Shown here: positions 13,725 to 23,286 of the stretch, one piece after another
Layout of the letters: every line of letters starts with the position of its first letter
How positions within the stretch are numbered: position 1 is the first letter of the stretch
IMG/VR virus record: IMGVR_UViG_3300020048_003367
Location: 1 to 64,000 of that record
Origin: a virus
DNA length: 64,000 nucleotides
Reading direction: 5' to 3' (one strand)
The notes under the pieces: generated by a model
Told to the model about the DNA's origin: nothing
Database searches by the model: none
Seen by the model: only the letters and a program-made list of their open reading frames with translations
Program-made: the position numbers and the translations under genes

Positions 13725-15692
13725 TCAAGTTTCTTGTGGCCTGTCCCATTGACCAGATCCTTGCCAATTTAATTCAAAGTTAGTAGATTTATTGTCCCAG
13801 TCATCAGCTACGAGTTTGTAATCAAATTTGGCACTCCAGTTCCCATCAAGATCAATTTTGAAGTCGTAAGTGGCCCAGAACTCATGTCCACCGCCTAATG
13901 GATACCTAAGGTATCCGTATTCTTTTTTGTCTTCTTCGGGATCAAATCTAATAGTGATATTAAACGGCCCCATACCCAACCAAAGCACACGTAGCAAAGC
14001 CCAGACTTCGTTTACCAAAGTATCGGCAACTGGATTTATATTGACCTTGATAACTTCGTAATCAAAATCTGGCTCCCACGGAATCTTATTTTCGGCCCAG
14101 TTCTTGGGGTCTGAATCAAGAGTGTACTGAGATTGTAAACCGGAATATGTTATGTTATTAGTGTGCTGAAAATAGTCTCTATGGGTTTTATGATTACGAA
14201 ATCTTTCCAACAGAATGTTACTGAACTTAAATCGCAAAAATCTATGAAACACAGTATTGCGCATATCAGTTGTATGCCAGCCCCATGACCAATCTGAATC
14301 AGACACTCCAAATTTATCACGCTCAGTGTCTAACGGTGTGTTTACGCCTAGCCCGCATGTGCCCATGCTTTGCTGTCCCATTCCCGAGTTTCTCAAACGC
14401 CACAGCATGGTAAGACTTTCTGCCACATGCTTTATTTCTTCTCCGGGAAATCCAGTAAACCATGTGGCAAAATTATTGTACATGCCCAAGGATGCAAAAT
14501 CTTCAAAATTTTGTTCAATCCATTCTGTCTTGCACTTTTTCCTCATGAGGTCCAAGGTATGCTGACTTCCTGATTCTACCCCAAATGCAAACCCCAAAGC
14601 ACCTGCTCGTTGCATTAGTTGCCAGGTATCCCGATCAATGCGGCCATCAATTCTTGCATAGCCCGTCCAAGTCACACGTATTTTTCTGTCTATCAAGCCT
14701 TGGGCAAATGCCTCGAGTTCTTTTAAATTGCCGTTGAGTAGACTGTCTATAAAATAGACCGAGTGTATTTTTTGTGCTCGATACACAGTTTCAATTTCAT
14801 CTAGTACTCGATGCGACTGTCTTGCTCGAAATTTCCAAAACGTTGTTTCGTTACAGTACGCACAACTGGCAATACATCCACGTGAAAACTCACATGTAAT
14901 TCCTTTTGATTCATATAATGAAATGTCAAAGTCTGAGTAATCGGCAGGTGGCATTGAGTCAAGATCTACTCTTTGATCTCGAGATTGTGTTATCACATGA
15001 GGTAGTACTCCCTGGGGATTCTCATAGTGTTCCAGCAGTTGAACCCACAACAGCTCACCTTCACCTGATATAACATGATCAGCTGCGGTGAGATCTGTAA
15101 CTATTCCTTGAGTGGCGCTGGCTCCTCCATACACAATGATCACTCCGGGCAGTAGTTCTCGTAAACGAGTTGAGATATACTGAGCGCAGCAATTGTTGGT
15201 GTACCAAATAGAAAATCCAATTATAGTAGGTTGATATTCTACAATCTCGTTAATTTTTTGATCTAGTAGATGCACAATTGTTGGATGTATGTGCTCACTA
15301 TAGTATGGGTCTTGCCACTTCCAATCTGCGTATGCGGTCCAGTACTCTTGCGGACCATTATGATAGCAATGTATATTGATATCCCAGGTCTTTGTTTTGA
15401 ACCCCATGTGACTACTTAATGCAGCCATTCTAGCAACTCCGTAAGGAGGAGAATTTGTGGCCCACTCGGGTGCAATAACCAATGCCACGCGATTGACCCG
15501 GTTGGCCTCGGTTTCTTGTAACAATACTTCTGTCAGATTTTTTTGTTTTCGACTAGGCACAGTATCTTTTTTGATCTGTTGATTTGCCTGTAAAAACATT
15601 TCAGTAACTTGTGAATGTATATCAGTAGTTACTGCACTAAACACAGGTGCCTGTGTTGTTTGAATTGGTATTACTTTGCGTGGTTCGTCCAT
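13725..15692 (-). CDS. B12-binding-domain radical SAM enzyme
   Basis: SRGCIASCAYC, VYGGASAT, GEGE, GVESGSQ, GFPGE. Confidence 0.88.
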   Translation of the reverse strand: MDEPRKVIPIQTTQAPVFSAVTTDIHSQVTEMFLQANQQIKKDTVPSRKQKNLTEVLLQETEANRVNRVALVIAPEWATNSPPYGVARMAALSSHMGFKTKTWDINIHCYHNGPQEYWTAYADWKWQDPYYSEHIHPTIVHLLDQKINEIVEYQPTIIGFSIWYTNNCCAQYISTRLRELLPGVIIVYGGASATQGIVTDLTAADHVISGEGELLWVQLLEHYENPQGVLPHVITQSRDQRVDLDSMPPADYSDFDISLYESKGITCEFSRGCIASCAYCNETTFWKFRARQSHRVLDEIETVYRAQKIHSVYFIDSLLNGNLKELEAFAQGLIDRKIRVTWTGYARIDGRIDRDTWQLMQRAGALGFAFGVESGSQHTLDLMRKKCKTEWIEQNFEDFASLGMYNNFATWFTGFPGEEIKHVAESLTMLWRLRNSGMGQQSMGTCGLGVNTPLDTERDKFGVSDSDWSWGWHTTDMRNTVFHRFLRFKFSNILLERFRNHKTHRDYFQHTNNITYSGLQSQYTLDSDPKNWAENKIPWEPDFDYEVIKVNINPVADTLVNEVWALLRVLWLGMGPFNITIRFDPEEDKKEYGYLRYPLGGGHEFWATYDFKIDLDGNWSAKFDYKLVADDWDNKSTNFELNWQGSGQWDRPQET

Positions 15693-15708
15693 GCAAATAC
15701 TTATGGTG

Positions 15709-15948
15709 TTATGTTTTCTTCAGGAGATACATGGTTACTTCTGCGCCTGATACCTTGACCAGTTCTTGTGGGTATTTGTTGCAGTCACCCCAACGTTCGA
15801 TACCCTTGACTCCCACCATCTTGGGATTGAGTTTGGATACTGTGCCCACATGCATGTTATTGCTACGTGGATACACTACACAGTCGCCAAGTTCCAAGGC
15901 CTGGCCAAACAAGTCTGAGTGTTGAACAGGAGTTTTTGTTGTTTTCAT
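15709..15948 (-). CDS. Hypothetical protein
   Basis: DLFGQALELGDCVV; start at ATGA overlap. Confidence 0.7.
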   Translation of the reverse strand: MKTTKTPVQHSDLFGQALELGDCVVYPRSNNMHVGTVSKLNPKMVGVKGIERWGDCNKYPQELVKVSGAEVTMYLLKKT

Positions 15949-16163
15949 GCTACTTGCCATTTCTTTTGGTCCAGGCAGTGACAGTGTACACAAAATCGAT
16001 TTTGTCGAGCCCAGATTGAAATGTTACTGCTTTCTACGGCACTCCACTTGGTCCAGGTGTGCCAGTTGAATCGGCACCAAAAGCTGGTCACAGCAGGCGG
16101 CAAATCTTGCAGTGTTCTAAATGTGTTGAGTTTTTCGTTCATAACCATGAGTCGCATGTCCAC
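15945..16163 (-). CDS. Small Cys/His/Trp-rich protein
   Basis: WCRFNWHTW...RFCVHC. Confidence 0.6.
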   Translation of the reverse strand: MDMRLMVMNEKLNTFRTLQDLPPAVTSFWCRFNWHTWTKWSAVESSNISIWARQNRFCVHCHCLDQKKWQVA

Positions 16164-16459
16164 TGGTTAAGATAACGCATACTTGCGTTGAATGAGCCAA
16201 AATGTCGAGCATAAAAAGTATCGTACGCATGTTTCCACTTCTTTTGAACAGGCTCGGGGCTATGACAAGCAAGATAGTGAAGATTACCAAACTGCTTGCT
16301 GATAGTTCGTTTGTTAAGTTTGTACCCTACTGGATACCATTCTACACGACTTTGCCAATTATAACTGCCCAGCACAGCACCGTGTCGACGGCGTTCACGC
16401 ATTATGCTCCGGGTAGTCATGGCAGAACTGGGGCGGAATCGATTAGGTATTTTGTTCAT
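16139..16459 (-). CDS. Hypothetical protein
   Basis: Likely start MNKIPNRF. Confidence 0.6.
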   Translation of the reverse strand: MNKIPNRFRPSSAMTTRSIMRERRRHGAVLGSYNWQSRVEWYPVGYKLNKRTISKQFGNLHYLACHSPEPVQKKWKHAYDTFYARHFGSFNASMRYLNQWTCDSWL

Positions 16460-16640
16460 AGCAAGTGGGGCAAAGTGCGTTACGGTTGGGACCACCTTGT
16501 GGGCGAATGGCAGTTTGGCACTGCCCACAAAGTACGAAAGCCTGGGTATAAATGTAGCCCGGTTTGGCAGGCAGGATAGGTTCCCAAGAGCCATCGGGCA
16601 GTTGGGAGTATCCTAGGATGGGTTGATCTAGGGTAGTCAT
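16443..16640 (-). CDS. Small zinc-finger protein
   Basis: CGQC...CPTC. Confidence 0.6.
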   Translation of the reverse strand: MTTLDQPILGYSQLPDGSWEPILPAKPGYIYTQAFVLCGQCQTAIRPQGGPNRNALCPTCYEQNT

Positions 16641-16643
16641 TCT

Positions 16644-16865
16644 TCAACCCCAAAAATGGTCGTTAATTTTGTTACTACCGCGAGTGTATTCTTCCGATGC
16701 TAAGTCACTAGTACGGCATTCTTCTGTCCACAATGCCCAGATGCATTCTTTCACAATCAACTCGGCGAACTTTTCTTTGTCAAAGATCCAGCCTTCGCCA
16801 CTATTAGATGTTGGCTCAATATAAGTTGTAGCCTGTTCGGCAAGTTCTTTAATTCGTTCGTTCAT
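16644..16865 (-). CDS. MNERI-KFAELIV-HFG family paralog 1
   Basis: Three shared motifs. Confidence 0.8.
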   Translation of the reverse strand: MNERIKELAEQATTYIEPTSNSGEGWIFDKEKFAELIVKECIWALWTEECRTSDLASEEYTRGSNKINDHFWG

Positions 16866-16868
16866 TCT

Positions 16869-17093
16869 TCAACTCCGAAATGTTTCTTTAAACTTATCAG
16901 CCAGTTCGGTGAATGTAATCGCCCGACCTGTAGTATAAACAATGTCAAAACTATCATTCACAATGTAATATTTGTTGCGATCACAATTTACATATTCACC
17001 GGCACTGTCGGTATAAACCTGTCGCATTTGTTTAAATGTGCTATCCACAACACCGTCAAGCATGACTCGGGTGGTAATTTTACGCTTGTTCAT
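16869..17093 (-). CDS. Hypothetical protein inserted in the paralog array
   Basis: Unrelated body flanked by the same junction repeat. Confidence 0.7.
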   Translation of the reverse strand: MNKRKITTRVMLDGVVDSTFKQMRQVYTDSAGEYVNCDRNKYYIVNDSFDIVYTTGRAITFTELADKFKETFRS

Positions 17094-17314
17094 TCTTCAA
17101 CTCCGAAATGTTCTTTAATCTGTTTAGCAATCCAAGGTGCCTGCGGTGCCATCAATAATCCAGTATCAAATTCCTTCATACAAATATCGATACATTCCCT
17201 AACAATCAACTCGGCGAACTTTTCAATGTCTGAGATTTGGCAATCAACAGTGTCAGTTCCGGGAAACAAAATAGTAGATTTTGTTTTGATAAGTTCTCTA
17301 ATTCGTTCGTTCAT
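17090..17314 (-). CDS. MNERI family paralog 2
   Basis: MNERIREL/KFAELIVREC/HFGVEE. Confidence 0.8.
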   Translation of the reverse strand: MNERIRELIKTKSTILFPGTDTVDCQISDIEKFAELIVRECIDICMKEFDTGLLMAPQAPWIAKQIKEHFGVEE

Positions 17315-17562
17315 TCTTCAACTCCAAAATGTGATTCTAATCTGCTGACAATGTCCGGAGCCACAACATCAGCATCCCATTCATTCTTAAAAATTATGGA
17401 TGGATGGTCCTTACATTTTTTAATACATTCCCGAACAATCAACTCGGCGAACTTTTGTTCAAACAATTTGTCACGCTCTAAGTTAGCACTCCAATGAGTT
17501 TCATTCTCCCAAGCATATTGCCTAGCCTCAGCGACAAGTTTCAAAATTCGTTCGTTCATCAT
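17311..17562 (-). CDS. MNERI family paralog 3
   Basis: Same motifs. Confidence 0.8.
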   Translation of the reverse strand: MMNERILKLVAEARQYAWENETHWSANLERDKLFEQKFAELIVRECIKKCKDHPSIIFKNEWDADVVAPDIVSRLESHFGVEE

Positions 17563-17756
17563 TCAACTCCAAAATGTTCTAAAATCTGTTCTCGGGCGGC
17601 GCCTAGCACAGCACTATCTCCACCATCAACATCTTCCAAGTTAGTATTGCTGGCAATGGCAGCACATTCCCGAACAATCAACTCGGCGAACTTTTTATAA
17701 TCAAACTCGGGAGCCTGATAACACTCAATGGCAAGTTTTTCAATTCGTTCGTTCAT
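17559..17756 (-). CDS. MNERI family paralog 4
   Basis: Start reset to MNERIEK after SD AGGAG. Confidence 0.8.
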   Translation of the reverse strand: MNERIEKLAIECYQAPEFDYKKFAELIVRECAAIASNTNLEDVDGGDSAVLGAAREQILEHFGVE

Positions 17757-17962
17757 ATCAGTTCTCCTGTAGCATCGTTGACACAGCCGAGGTAGACTGC
17801 CTGATAGTTCCATTCGTATGGATCATGCAGTCTGTTGTGATCCACGATCCACGCATCGGCTTGTTCTTTAGTGTCAAACTCACGCTCTGCCTTGACCTTG
17901 TGCAGGTTGGGCAGATCCTGTTCTACGGGGTGGACTTGGACGATGTGTACAAATTTTGTCAT
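17753..17962 (-). CDS. Hypothetical protein
   Basis: SD GGAG; ATGA overlap. Confidence 0.7.
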   Translation of the reverse strand: MTKFVHIVQVHPVEQDLPNLHKVKAEREFDTKEQADAWIVDHNRLHDPYEWNYQAVYLGCVNDATGELI

Positions 17963-17971
17963 TTCAACTCC

Positions 17972-18310
17972 TTATGCAACACCACGGACATCTGTGTTCA
18001 AGTTGGGCTTCATGCCACGGATCAAACCACGCTCCAGGTTGTGGGCTTCGGTCTTGCCGCGCACCACAGCCAAAACACGCACAGTAAACTCGCCAACACC
18101 ACGCTCGCGCATGGTTTCGTACAGCATCCAGCTCTTGTCTTCGCTACGTGAGCGATACAAGTGCTTGCGGCAACGAGTCATAACACTCAGCTTCACAGTG
18201 CTGGCAGTCTTGGCAGTAACGCCGATGTAAAAGTCAGCGCCGGACTCAATCATGTAAATGATATGAGTACGATCTGTACGCTTTTTACGGGTTACTGTTT
18301 TTGTGTTCAT
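17972..18310 (-). CDS. GIY-YIG nuclease family protein (leaderless)
   Basis: IIYMI...FYIGVT...R...H...E...LN; ATG 6 nt after -10 box. Confidence 0.8.
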   Translation of the reverse strand: MNTKTVTRKKRTDRTHIIYMIESGADFYIGVTAKTASTVKLSVMTRCRKHLYRSRSEDKSWMLYETMRERGVGEFTVRVLAVVRGKTEAHNLERGLIRGMKPNLNTDVRGVA

Positions 18311-18316
18311 GTGTAT

Positions 18317-18345
18317 ATTATAGCAAATCGAGCATTTTTGGTCAA
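18317..18345 (-). promoter_or_regulatory. sigma70 promoter
   Basis: TTGACC-N17-TATAAT with TG. Confidence 0.85.
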
Positions 18346-18399
18346 CCGTTTTTGCACATGAAAAAGGTAGTACTTTTGTAGTACTACCAGATGTATACT

Positions 18400-18591
18400 T
18401 TAGCTTACTTTTTGTATTTCTGCACGCCAGTAGCACTCAGGATCGCCGCCAGTTTCCCAGTGAGCTTTATAGGCTTTGGCTTCTTCTAGTGTAGTGTAAA
18501 AACGAGTGTCATCAGGGTCAACTCGTTGTGCGCCACAATCATATTCAGTCACTGTAACTTTATACAGTCCGGAAAGTTTGACTTCTGCCAT
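18400..18591 (-). CDS. Hypothetical early protein
   Basis: SD AAGGAG; promoter TTGACC-N17-TATACT at 18633-18661. Confidence 0.75.
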   Translation of the reverse strand: MAEVKLSGLYKVTVTEYDCGAQRVDPDDTRFYTTLEEAKAYKAHWETGGDPECYWRAEIQKVS

Positions 18592-18666
18592 TATGGGCTC
18601 CTTTCGCCTGGGTTATCAACTACTACAATTACAGTATAAGCGATCTGGGTTTTTTGGTCAACCAAA

Positions 18667-19026
18667 TTATGCTAGGCTTGCGATCCACTTTTCCACGTTG
18701 CCGTACAGGTTGATCATCATGGAATCACGGCTGCTGAAAACCATCAAGCTGGTCATTTTTTTGTTGTCCACCATGTAGTAGGGTGCAGTGAGATACTGGT
18801 CCAGGCGGAGATAGATCCAAGGAGGTATGCCTTGTTTTGCAAAATCAAACTGCCAGTATTCAATGTCCAAGTCGTTGACCAAAGCAGCGTATCCAGCCCA
18901 GGTCAATCTTAACCCGCCAGTGGGTCTGGTGTCTTGCCACCAAGACACCAGAGCTTCGCCGATAGACGGACGAGTGTCTGGGGGCAACAGACTCAGAAAC
19001 TTTTCAGTGTACTCAAGGCGCAACAT
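18667..19026 (-). CDS. Hypothetical protein
   Basis: Coupled ORF. Confidence 0.7.
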   Translation of the reverse strand: MLRLEYTEKFLSLLPPDTRPSIGEALVSWWQDTRPTGGLRLTWAGYAALVNDLDIEYWQFDFAKQGIPPWIYLRLDQYLTAPYYMVDNKKMTSLMVFSSRDSMMINLYGNVEKWIASLA

Positions 19027-19315
19027 CAGGGTACACCTGCTGTCCCTGAGTTAACAATACTACAGTGAACTTGTCTGTTTTGAATTGTACGTTGAGTTTC
19101 TTGGCCAAGTTCTTGGCATGCCCGGGGTTGGAGAACGAAACCTTTTTGTACTTGGGACCTGGATACTGAGTCAACAAGTTTGATGTCTTTAGATTGATAG
19201 CCTTGCCATTAAAGAACACAGCCCATACACCTTCACTGGCCAGCACTTGCTCAGTCTTATAAGTAGCTTTTTGTGTGTATTCAACAAGAATTTGTGGTTT
19301 GGGTCTCGACATCAT
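19013..19315 (-). CDS. Hypothetical phage protein
   Basis: MSRPKP...KYKKVSFSNPGHA; TAAATA and GGAG upstream. Confidence 0.75.
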   Translation of the reverse strand: MMSRPKPQILVEYTQKATYKTEQVLASEGVWAVFFNGKAINLKTSNLLTQYPGPKYKKVSFSNPGHAKNLAKKLNVQFKTDKFTVVLLTQGQQVYPDVAP

Positions 19316-19343
19316 TATCTCCGTACTTTATTTATCCTATAAA

Positions 19344-19556
19344 CTAGGGAGTTTTAAAGGTTCCGCCTTGCATTTCCACTTGCACTACTTGTTCCTCCGC
19401 CACGGGCTGTGAACGAATCTGTTCCAGTGTAAACAACAACTTGGTGATGTCTGCATGCAGGTCACGTGCATCACGCATGCTCATGGTCAAGTCACGTTGC
19501 CCGCGACTTTCGGCTGCTTTGATAGCATCCACAAATCTATTGATATGTAAACTCAT
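19344..19556 (-). CDS. Hypothetical protein
   Basis: SD GGAG. Confidence 0.7.
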   Translation of the reverse strand: MSLHINRFVDAIKAAESRGQRDLTMSMRDARDLHADITKLLFTLEQIRSQPVAEEQVVQVEMQGGTFKTP

Positions 19557-19559
19557 TTG

Positions 19560-19709
19560 TTAAACTCCATGTTTCAATTCTTTGATCATTCTATCACGCC
19601 ACTGGATGGCATCTTCTTCGTAATCAAAATGCGGGCTGAGTTCAGAATCTTCGTTGAGGTCATCCACCCAAACCCAGCAGTCGTTGTATTCGTCATTGAT
19701 AAGCTTCAT
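19560..19709 (-). CDS. 49-aa hypothetical protein (not in ORF track)
   Basis: MKLINDEYNDCWVWVDDLNEDSELSPHFDYEEDAIQWRDRMIKELKHGV*; fills gap with ATGA overlap. Confidence 0.7.
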   Translation of the reverse strand: MKLINDEYNDCWVWVDDLNEDSELSPHFDYEEDAIQWRDRMIKELKHGV

Positions 19710-20011
19710 TCGTCATCCTCAGGTAACATTTGGTCCACTATCTCTTCTGAATCAAAAAATGTTGTGACTTGATATTCTGTATCACCTATGCGATAACAAC
19801 TGGTCCAACTGTTTTGATTGTTTGATTCTTCAAACGGTTCAAGCAGGGCCAGCATGGTCATCACATGCTCGCGCTCTTGACCTGTAAGTGTGCGACGTGG
19901 TGATCCCATGATCTTTCGCAAGAACTGTTTGGCTTCCGCAGGCGTCCAACTGGCCTGAGTCTCACGGATAGCTGCCCAGTCTGCATCTGTCATGGGGCGT
20001 CTTCGATTCAT
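19706..20011 (-). CDS. Hypothetical protein
   Basis: Coupled ORF. Confidence 0.7.
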   Translation of the reverse strand: MNRRRPMTDADWAAIRETQASWTPAEAKQFLRKIMGSPRRTLTGQEREHVMTMLALLEPFEESNNQNSWTSCYRIGDTEYQVTTFFDSEEIVDQMLPEDDE

Positions 20012-20406
20012 TGCTTTTTCAAAAACGGCTTCAAGTCTGGCGGAGTCCAGCCCAACGGCTTCAGAACTTTGCCGTCTTCACGCTTGCGAACTTTGCCCGT
20101 TTCCTTATCAACTTTAGCAAAGTTAGTTGACATAACTTCTTTCCAAGCACCTTCGCCATCCATGCCTGCTGAGTGGATAGCGCCGATTGTTACAACAAGA
20201 ATGTCCAATAGGGCATCGAGAGTTTCCACCATGTCGACTGGTCCGACTTGATCTCCAGTTGATGTATCAATGCCTTGTGCCACTAGTAACTCTAAAAATT
20301 CTTCTTTGATAAGTCCTAGATACATTTTGAATTGTGCTTGATCTCCTGTGACACTTTGGTCACAAGCAGTCATAAATTTTTCTTGATCACGAAACGGATT
20401 TGTCAT
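20008..20406 (-). CDS. MazG-like / PRA-PH nucleoside triphosphate pyrophosphohydrolase
   Basis: LIKEEFLEL, DALLDILVV, TNFAK, REDGKVLKP. Confidence 0.85.
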   Translation of the reverse strand: MTNPFRDQEKFMTACDQSVTGDQAQFKMYLGLIKEEFLELLVAQGIDTSTGDQVGPVDMVETLDALLDILVVTIGAIHSAGMDGEGAWKEVMSTNFAKVDKETGKVRKREDGKVLKPLGWTPPDLKPFLKKQ

Positions 20407-20836
20407 TTGCTTCTTCTTTGGAGTGGAAAGGGCCTTGATATGTGTAGCGTTGCAAGGTGATTAGTTTGGGGTTCTGTATCTGTTTCCAGTTACGGTGTTG
20501 CTTGATTGAATACCATCCAGCAGCATACCATGACTTAGATTTAGTGTCTCTAGTAAACAATGGTAGTCGATGTTTCACATCCCAGATAGGATTGTAAACT
20601 CTGCCATCAACTTCGTAGCCATGTACTTGAGTTTGCTTGGTTTTACTTTGTTTTTCCAGCTTTTCAAACTCTACTTTTTCCAGGCGGCTAAGCATAGGGA
20701 TGGTTTTATAACTAGCAGTCCGATTACGAATAGTAACTTGATAACCATCTGGACCAGCAACAATGTTGCCAACCTTGCGGTCATCCTGCTTGAGAATCCA
20801 ATACTGCTTGTCCACTACTGGTTTTGCTAAGATCAT
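20387..20836 (-). CDS. Hypothetical phage protein
   Basis: Coupled ORF. Confidence 0.75.
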   Translation of the reverse strand: MILAKPVVDKQYWILKQDDRKVGNIVAGPDGYQVTIRNRTASYKTIPMLSRLEKVEFEKLEKQSKTKQTQVHGYEVDGRVYNPIWDVKHRLPLFTRDTKSKSWYAAGWYSIKQHRNWKQIQNPKLITLQRYTYQGPFHSKEEANDKSVS

Positions 20837-21866
20837 CTAATACTCCTTGATATGTTTTGTTCATCCAACGTCCCACAGCTTCAGCTTGATCACTGAGCTT
20901 GGTGAGTTCGTACTTGCCACAGAAGCGCAAAAAGTGCGCTCCTACCATGCCAATGTCACGGTGCGAAATTTGTTCACGGATGCAAGCATCCACCACGTCC
21001 TTGATGTCTTGTGGTTGTGCAGTCAAGTCAATCAACATTGAGTTGCGCTCGTAGTCTTCAGTTACCTTGTGCTCTGCACTTTCATGATCAACCCAGCGCT
21101 GCAACATGAGATTGTTCCACGCATAGCCTTTGCGACCACGATCTGCAAATGCTTCAGTCAAGCCCACACTGTTCTTGGTGCCTTTAATACGCACACCTGG
21201 ATAAGCACTAAACACGTTGTCACCCGGATCACCACGCATACACTTCAAAAACAACACCCATTCAGGATAGTCCACAGGCGTTTCGAAGTTGGCGTCAGCT
21301 TTGCCAACCTTGATCTTGCTGTTGCTTTCGATTGTGAAACTCATTTTCTGGCCCTTGCCATTGCGCACGCCATCCACAGTAAACAAGTGATCATTGATGC
21401 CATTGTAGAGTCGAACATTGGGAGCCACCAACTGAACAAAATCTGAATCTGTGCTTACGATTGTGTGCTCATCTTGGGGGTGTAGTGCAATCCAACGTGC
21501 AATGATGTCGTCAGCTTCGCCTGTGGGGCAACGGATAACGCTACAGTTGGTCTTTGCAGCCAGATATTTAGTCAGCTCATCATAGGTTTCCCAAAACAGC
21601 TTGTCTTCTTCTGCTTCTGTTTCGTTCATTTTACCACGGGCTACTGCACGGTTGCCTTTGTAGGGCTTGTATGCATCTTTGCGCCATGACCGACCTTCTA
21701 GTGCGAACATCACGTGATCGCACCCTAGATCACGTGCTACTTTGTTGGCGCTCATAATAGTCAAATGCAGTGCGATTCCCAACTTGGTCCATGTGTCTGC
21801 AGCACGATGGGCTTGATGCCGCGCACGAAAGAACATGTTGCTAGTATCAATTAACAGGTATTTCAT
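20781..21866 (-). CDS. rnh: T4 RNase H-like 5'-3' exonuclease / flap endonuclease
   Basis: LLIDTSN, SWRK...YKGNR, EADDII, STDSDFVQL, GDPGDNV. Confidence 0.9.
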   Translation of the reverse strand: MKYLLIDTSNMFFRARHQAHRAADTWTKLGIALHLTIMSANKVARDLGCDHVMFALEGRSWRKDAYKPYKGNRAVARGKMNETEAEEDKLFWETYDELTKYLAAKTNCSVIRCPTGEADDIIARWIALHPQDEHTIVSTDSDFVQLVAPNVRLYNGINDHLFTVDGVRNGKGQKMSFTIESNSKIKVGKADANFETPVDYPEWVLFLKCMRGDPGDNVFSAYPGVRIKGTKNSVGLTEAFADRGRKGYAWNNLMLQRWVDHESAEHKVTEDYERNSMLIDLTAQPQDIKDVVDACIREQISHRDIGMVGAHFLRFCGKYELTKLSDQAEAVGRWMNKTYQGVLDDLSKTSSGQAVLDSQAG

Positions 21867-22578
21867 CTGGTCTTAGTAGTTGGTTGCGTTTAATGTATTG
21901 TAACAGGTATTCGCCCCAAAAGCAATGGGCATCTGGCCCAAAATGCCAACTATCTGGTGCGACTGTTTTGAACCCATGATTTTTAAGTATACTATTGTAT
22001 GTGTTTTCTGCTGAATAAGGGTGTATGTAACTGGCACCCCAGTCGTATTGTTTTGATACTCGATCAAAGTGACTGTTGCCATTAAACATCACATGCCTAA
22101 TACCTTGTGCTTCGAGCTCTTGATGAAACTGCCAAATTTGTTCGTGTGCTTGTTCTGTACATTTTTTCCAGTCAATATTGGATACAAACTCCTTGTAACG
22201 TTGTTGGTAGTGTTCAGGAACCTGATCAATGCCACTAGCATTCACCTGTAGCCACCCAGCGTCACCATCAAACCATTCTTCACGTTCCCATGTTGACCAT
22301 TGTATTACTAAAAATACATCTTTAACATCATGTTGATCTAGTAACCAACGTCGGGTAGTACGCATTATGCGACGATTGGATCCGCCAGCTTGAGCATCAC
22401 AGTACAACGCAGCAAACAACCAATTGGCCAATTCACAACCAAAGCTGGCCTTCTCATTGTCAGGATGCGGGCGCTGTCCTAACCCCCAATAGAATTCGTC
22501 ATCGAATGCCCAGGCATGTGGATTAACACATTCGGCAGCGGCTGCATGACTATCGCCGTTTACATACAAAATTGTCAT
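21847..22578 (-). CDS. SGNH/GDSL-like protein
   Basis: LYVNGDSH, GGSN, IQWS...R.E, C-terminal HFG..AH. Confidence 0.7.
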   Translation of the reverse strand: MTILYVNGDSHAAAAECVNPHAWAFDDEFYWGLGQRPHPDNEKASFGCELANWLFAALYCDAQAGGSNRRIMRTTRRWLLDQHDVKDVFLVIQWSTWEREEWFDGDAGWLQVNASGIDQVPEHYQQRYKEFVSNIDWKKCTEQAHEQIWQFHQELEAQGIRHVMFNGNSHFDRVSKQYDWGASYIHPYSAENTYNSILKNHGFKTVAPDSWHFGPDAHCFWGEYLLQYIKRNQLLRPDEIPVN

Positions 22579-22817
22579 TCGTGATAGGCTGGATTGGGGA
22601 CTTCAAGTTCAAACACAAGATAGTTGGACCTTGGAGTAGCAGTGTCTTTGAGAACTTCTAGGGTTCTGCTATGTTCGGCTTCGTCCCTGGTGACATAAAA
22701 ACCTGGACCATATTGTATGTGGCTAGTACCAGGTACATACACATAAGTCATTGACAACCCAGTCTGCTTGATCAGTGAATAGACCTTGAAAGTCTTAGGC
22801 GGCTTGAGTGGTTCCAC
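22575..22817 (-). CDS. Hypothetical protein
   Basis: Coupled ORF. Confidence 0.6.
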   Translation of the reverse strand: MEPLKPPKTFKVYSLIKQTGLSMTYVYVPGTSHIQYGPGFYVTRDEAEHSRTLEVLKDTATPRSNYLVFELEVPNPAYHE

Positions 22818-23286
22818 GAGTCTGATCCTTTTCTACCTGTGCTGCTGCCACACGTTTGCGCAGGCTGGAACTTGAGAAGCTGTGATCACGCTTGTTGAAC
22901 ACATGGTGAATGCCGCGCCCCGCACCTTCGTTGCGTCCTGTGAAGTTGGTATCTTCATACTCTACTCCCAAGATTCGAACGTCGATGGGCAAAATCAAGA
23001 TCAAGTCAATAAGGTCCTGTTCAGTACTGTACACAACAACTTCGTCCACATAACGACATGCAGCTAGCTGAAGTTGTCGTTCAACAATACTTTGTATGGG
23101 TCGATTCTTGGTATCAGGTCTGTCAATTGTGGGATCAGTTTGTAATCCGCAGATAAGATAGTCACAATGATTTTTAGCTTCACTTAACATAGCGATATGA
23201 CCTGCATGCAACATATCAAAGGTCGAGAAAGTGATACCAATCTTTTTGCCTTGATCTTTGAGTTGTTTGATGTGATTTAAAATCAT
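22795..23286 (-). CDS. Cytidylyltransferase (TagD/RfaE-like)
   Basis: FDMLHAGH, YVDEV, SSSSLR. Confidence 0.9.
   Translation of the reverse strand: MILNHIKQLKDQGKKIGITFSTFDMLHAGHIAMLSEAKNHCDYLICGLQTDPTIDRPDTKNRPIQSIVERQLQLAACRYVDEVVVYSTEQDLIDLILILPIDVRILGVEYEDTNFTGRNEGAGRGIHHVFNKRDHSFSSSSLRKRVAAAQVEKDQTRGTTQAA

Larger units (their letters stand above)
16640..17757 (-). repeat. Dispersed junction repeat CATTTYGGAGTTGAAGAATGAAC(GAACGAATT) and internal repeat AAAGTTCGCCGAGTTGATTGT
   Basis: Junction copies near 16640, 16851, 17088, 17300, 17545, 34078; internal repeat in five genes. Confidence 0.85.

Noticed and set aside
16640-17757. CRISPR, integron or DGR interpretation of the MNERI array
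   Set aside because: Repeats are coding and not palindromic attC-like; no integrase or reverse transcriptase is present; variation is not adenine-specific.
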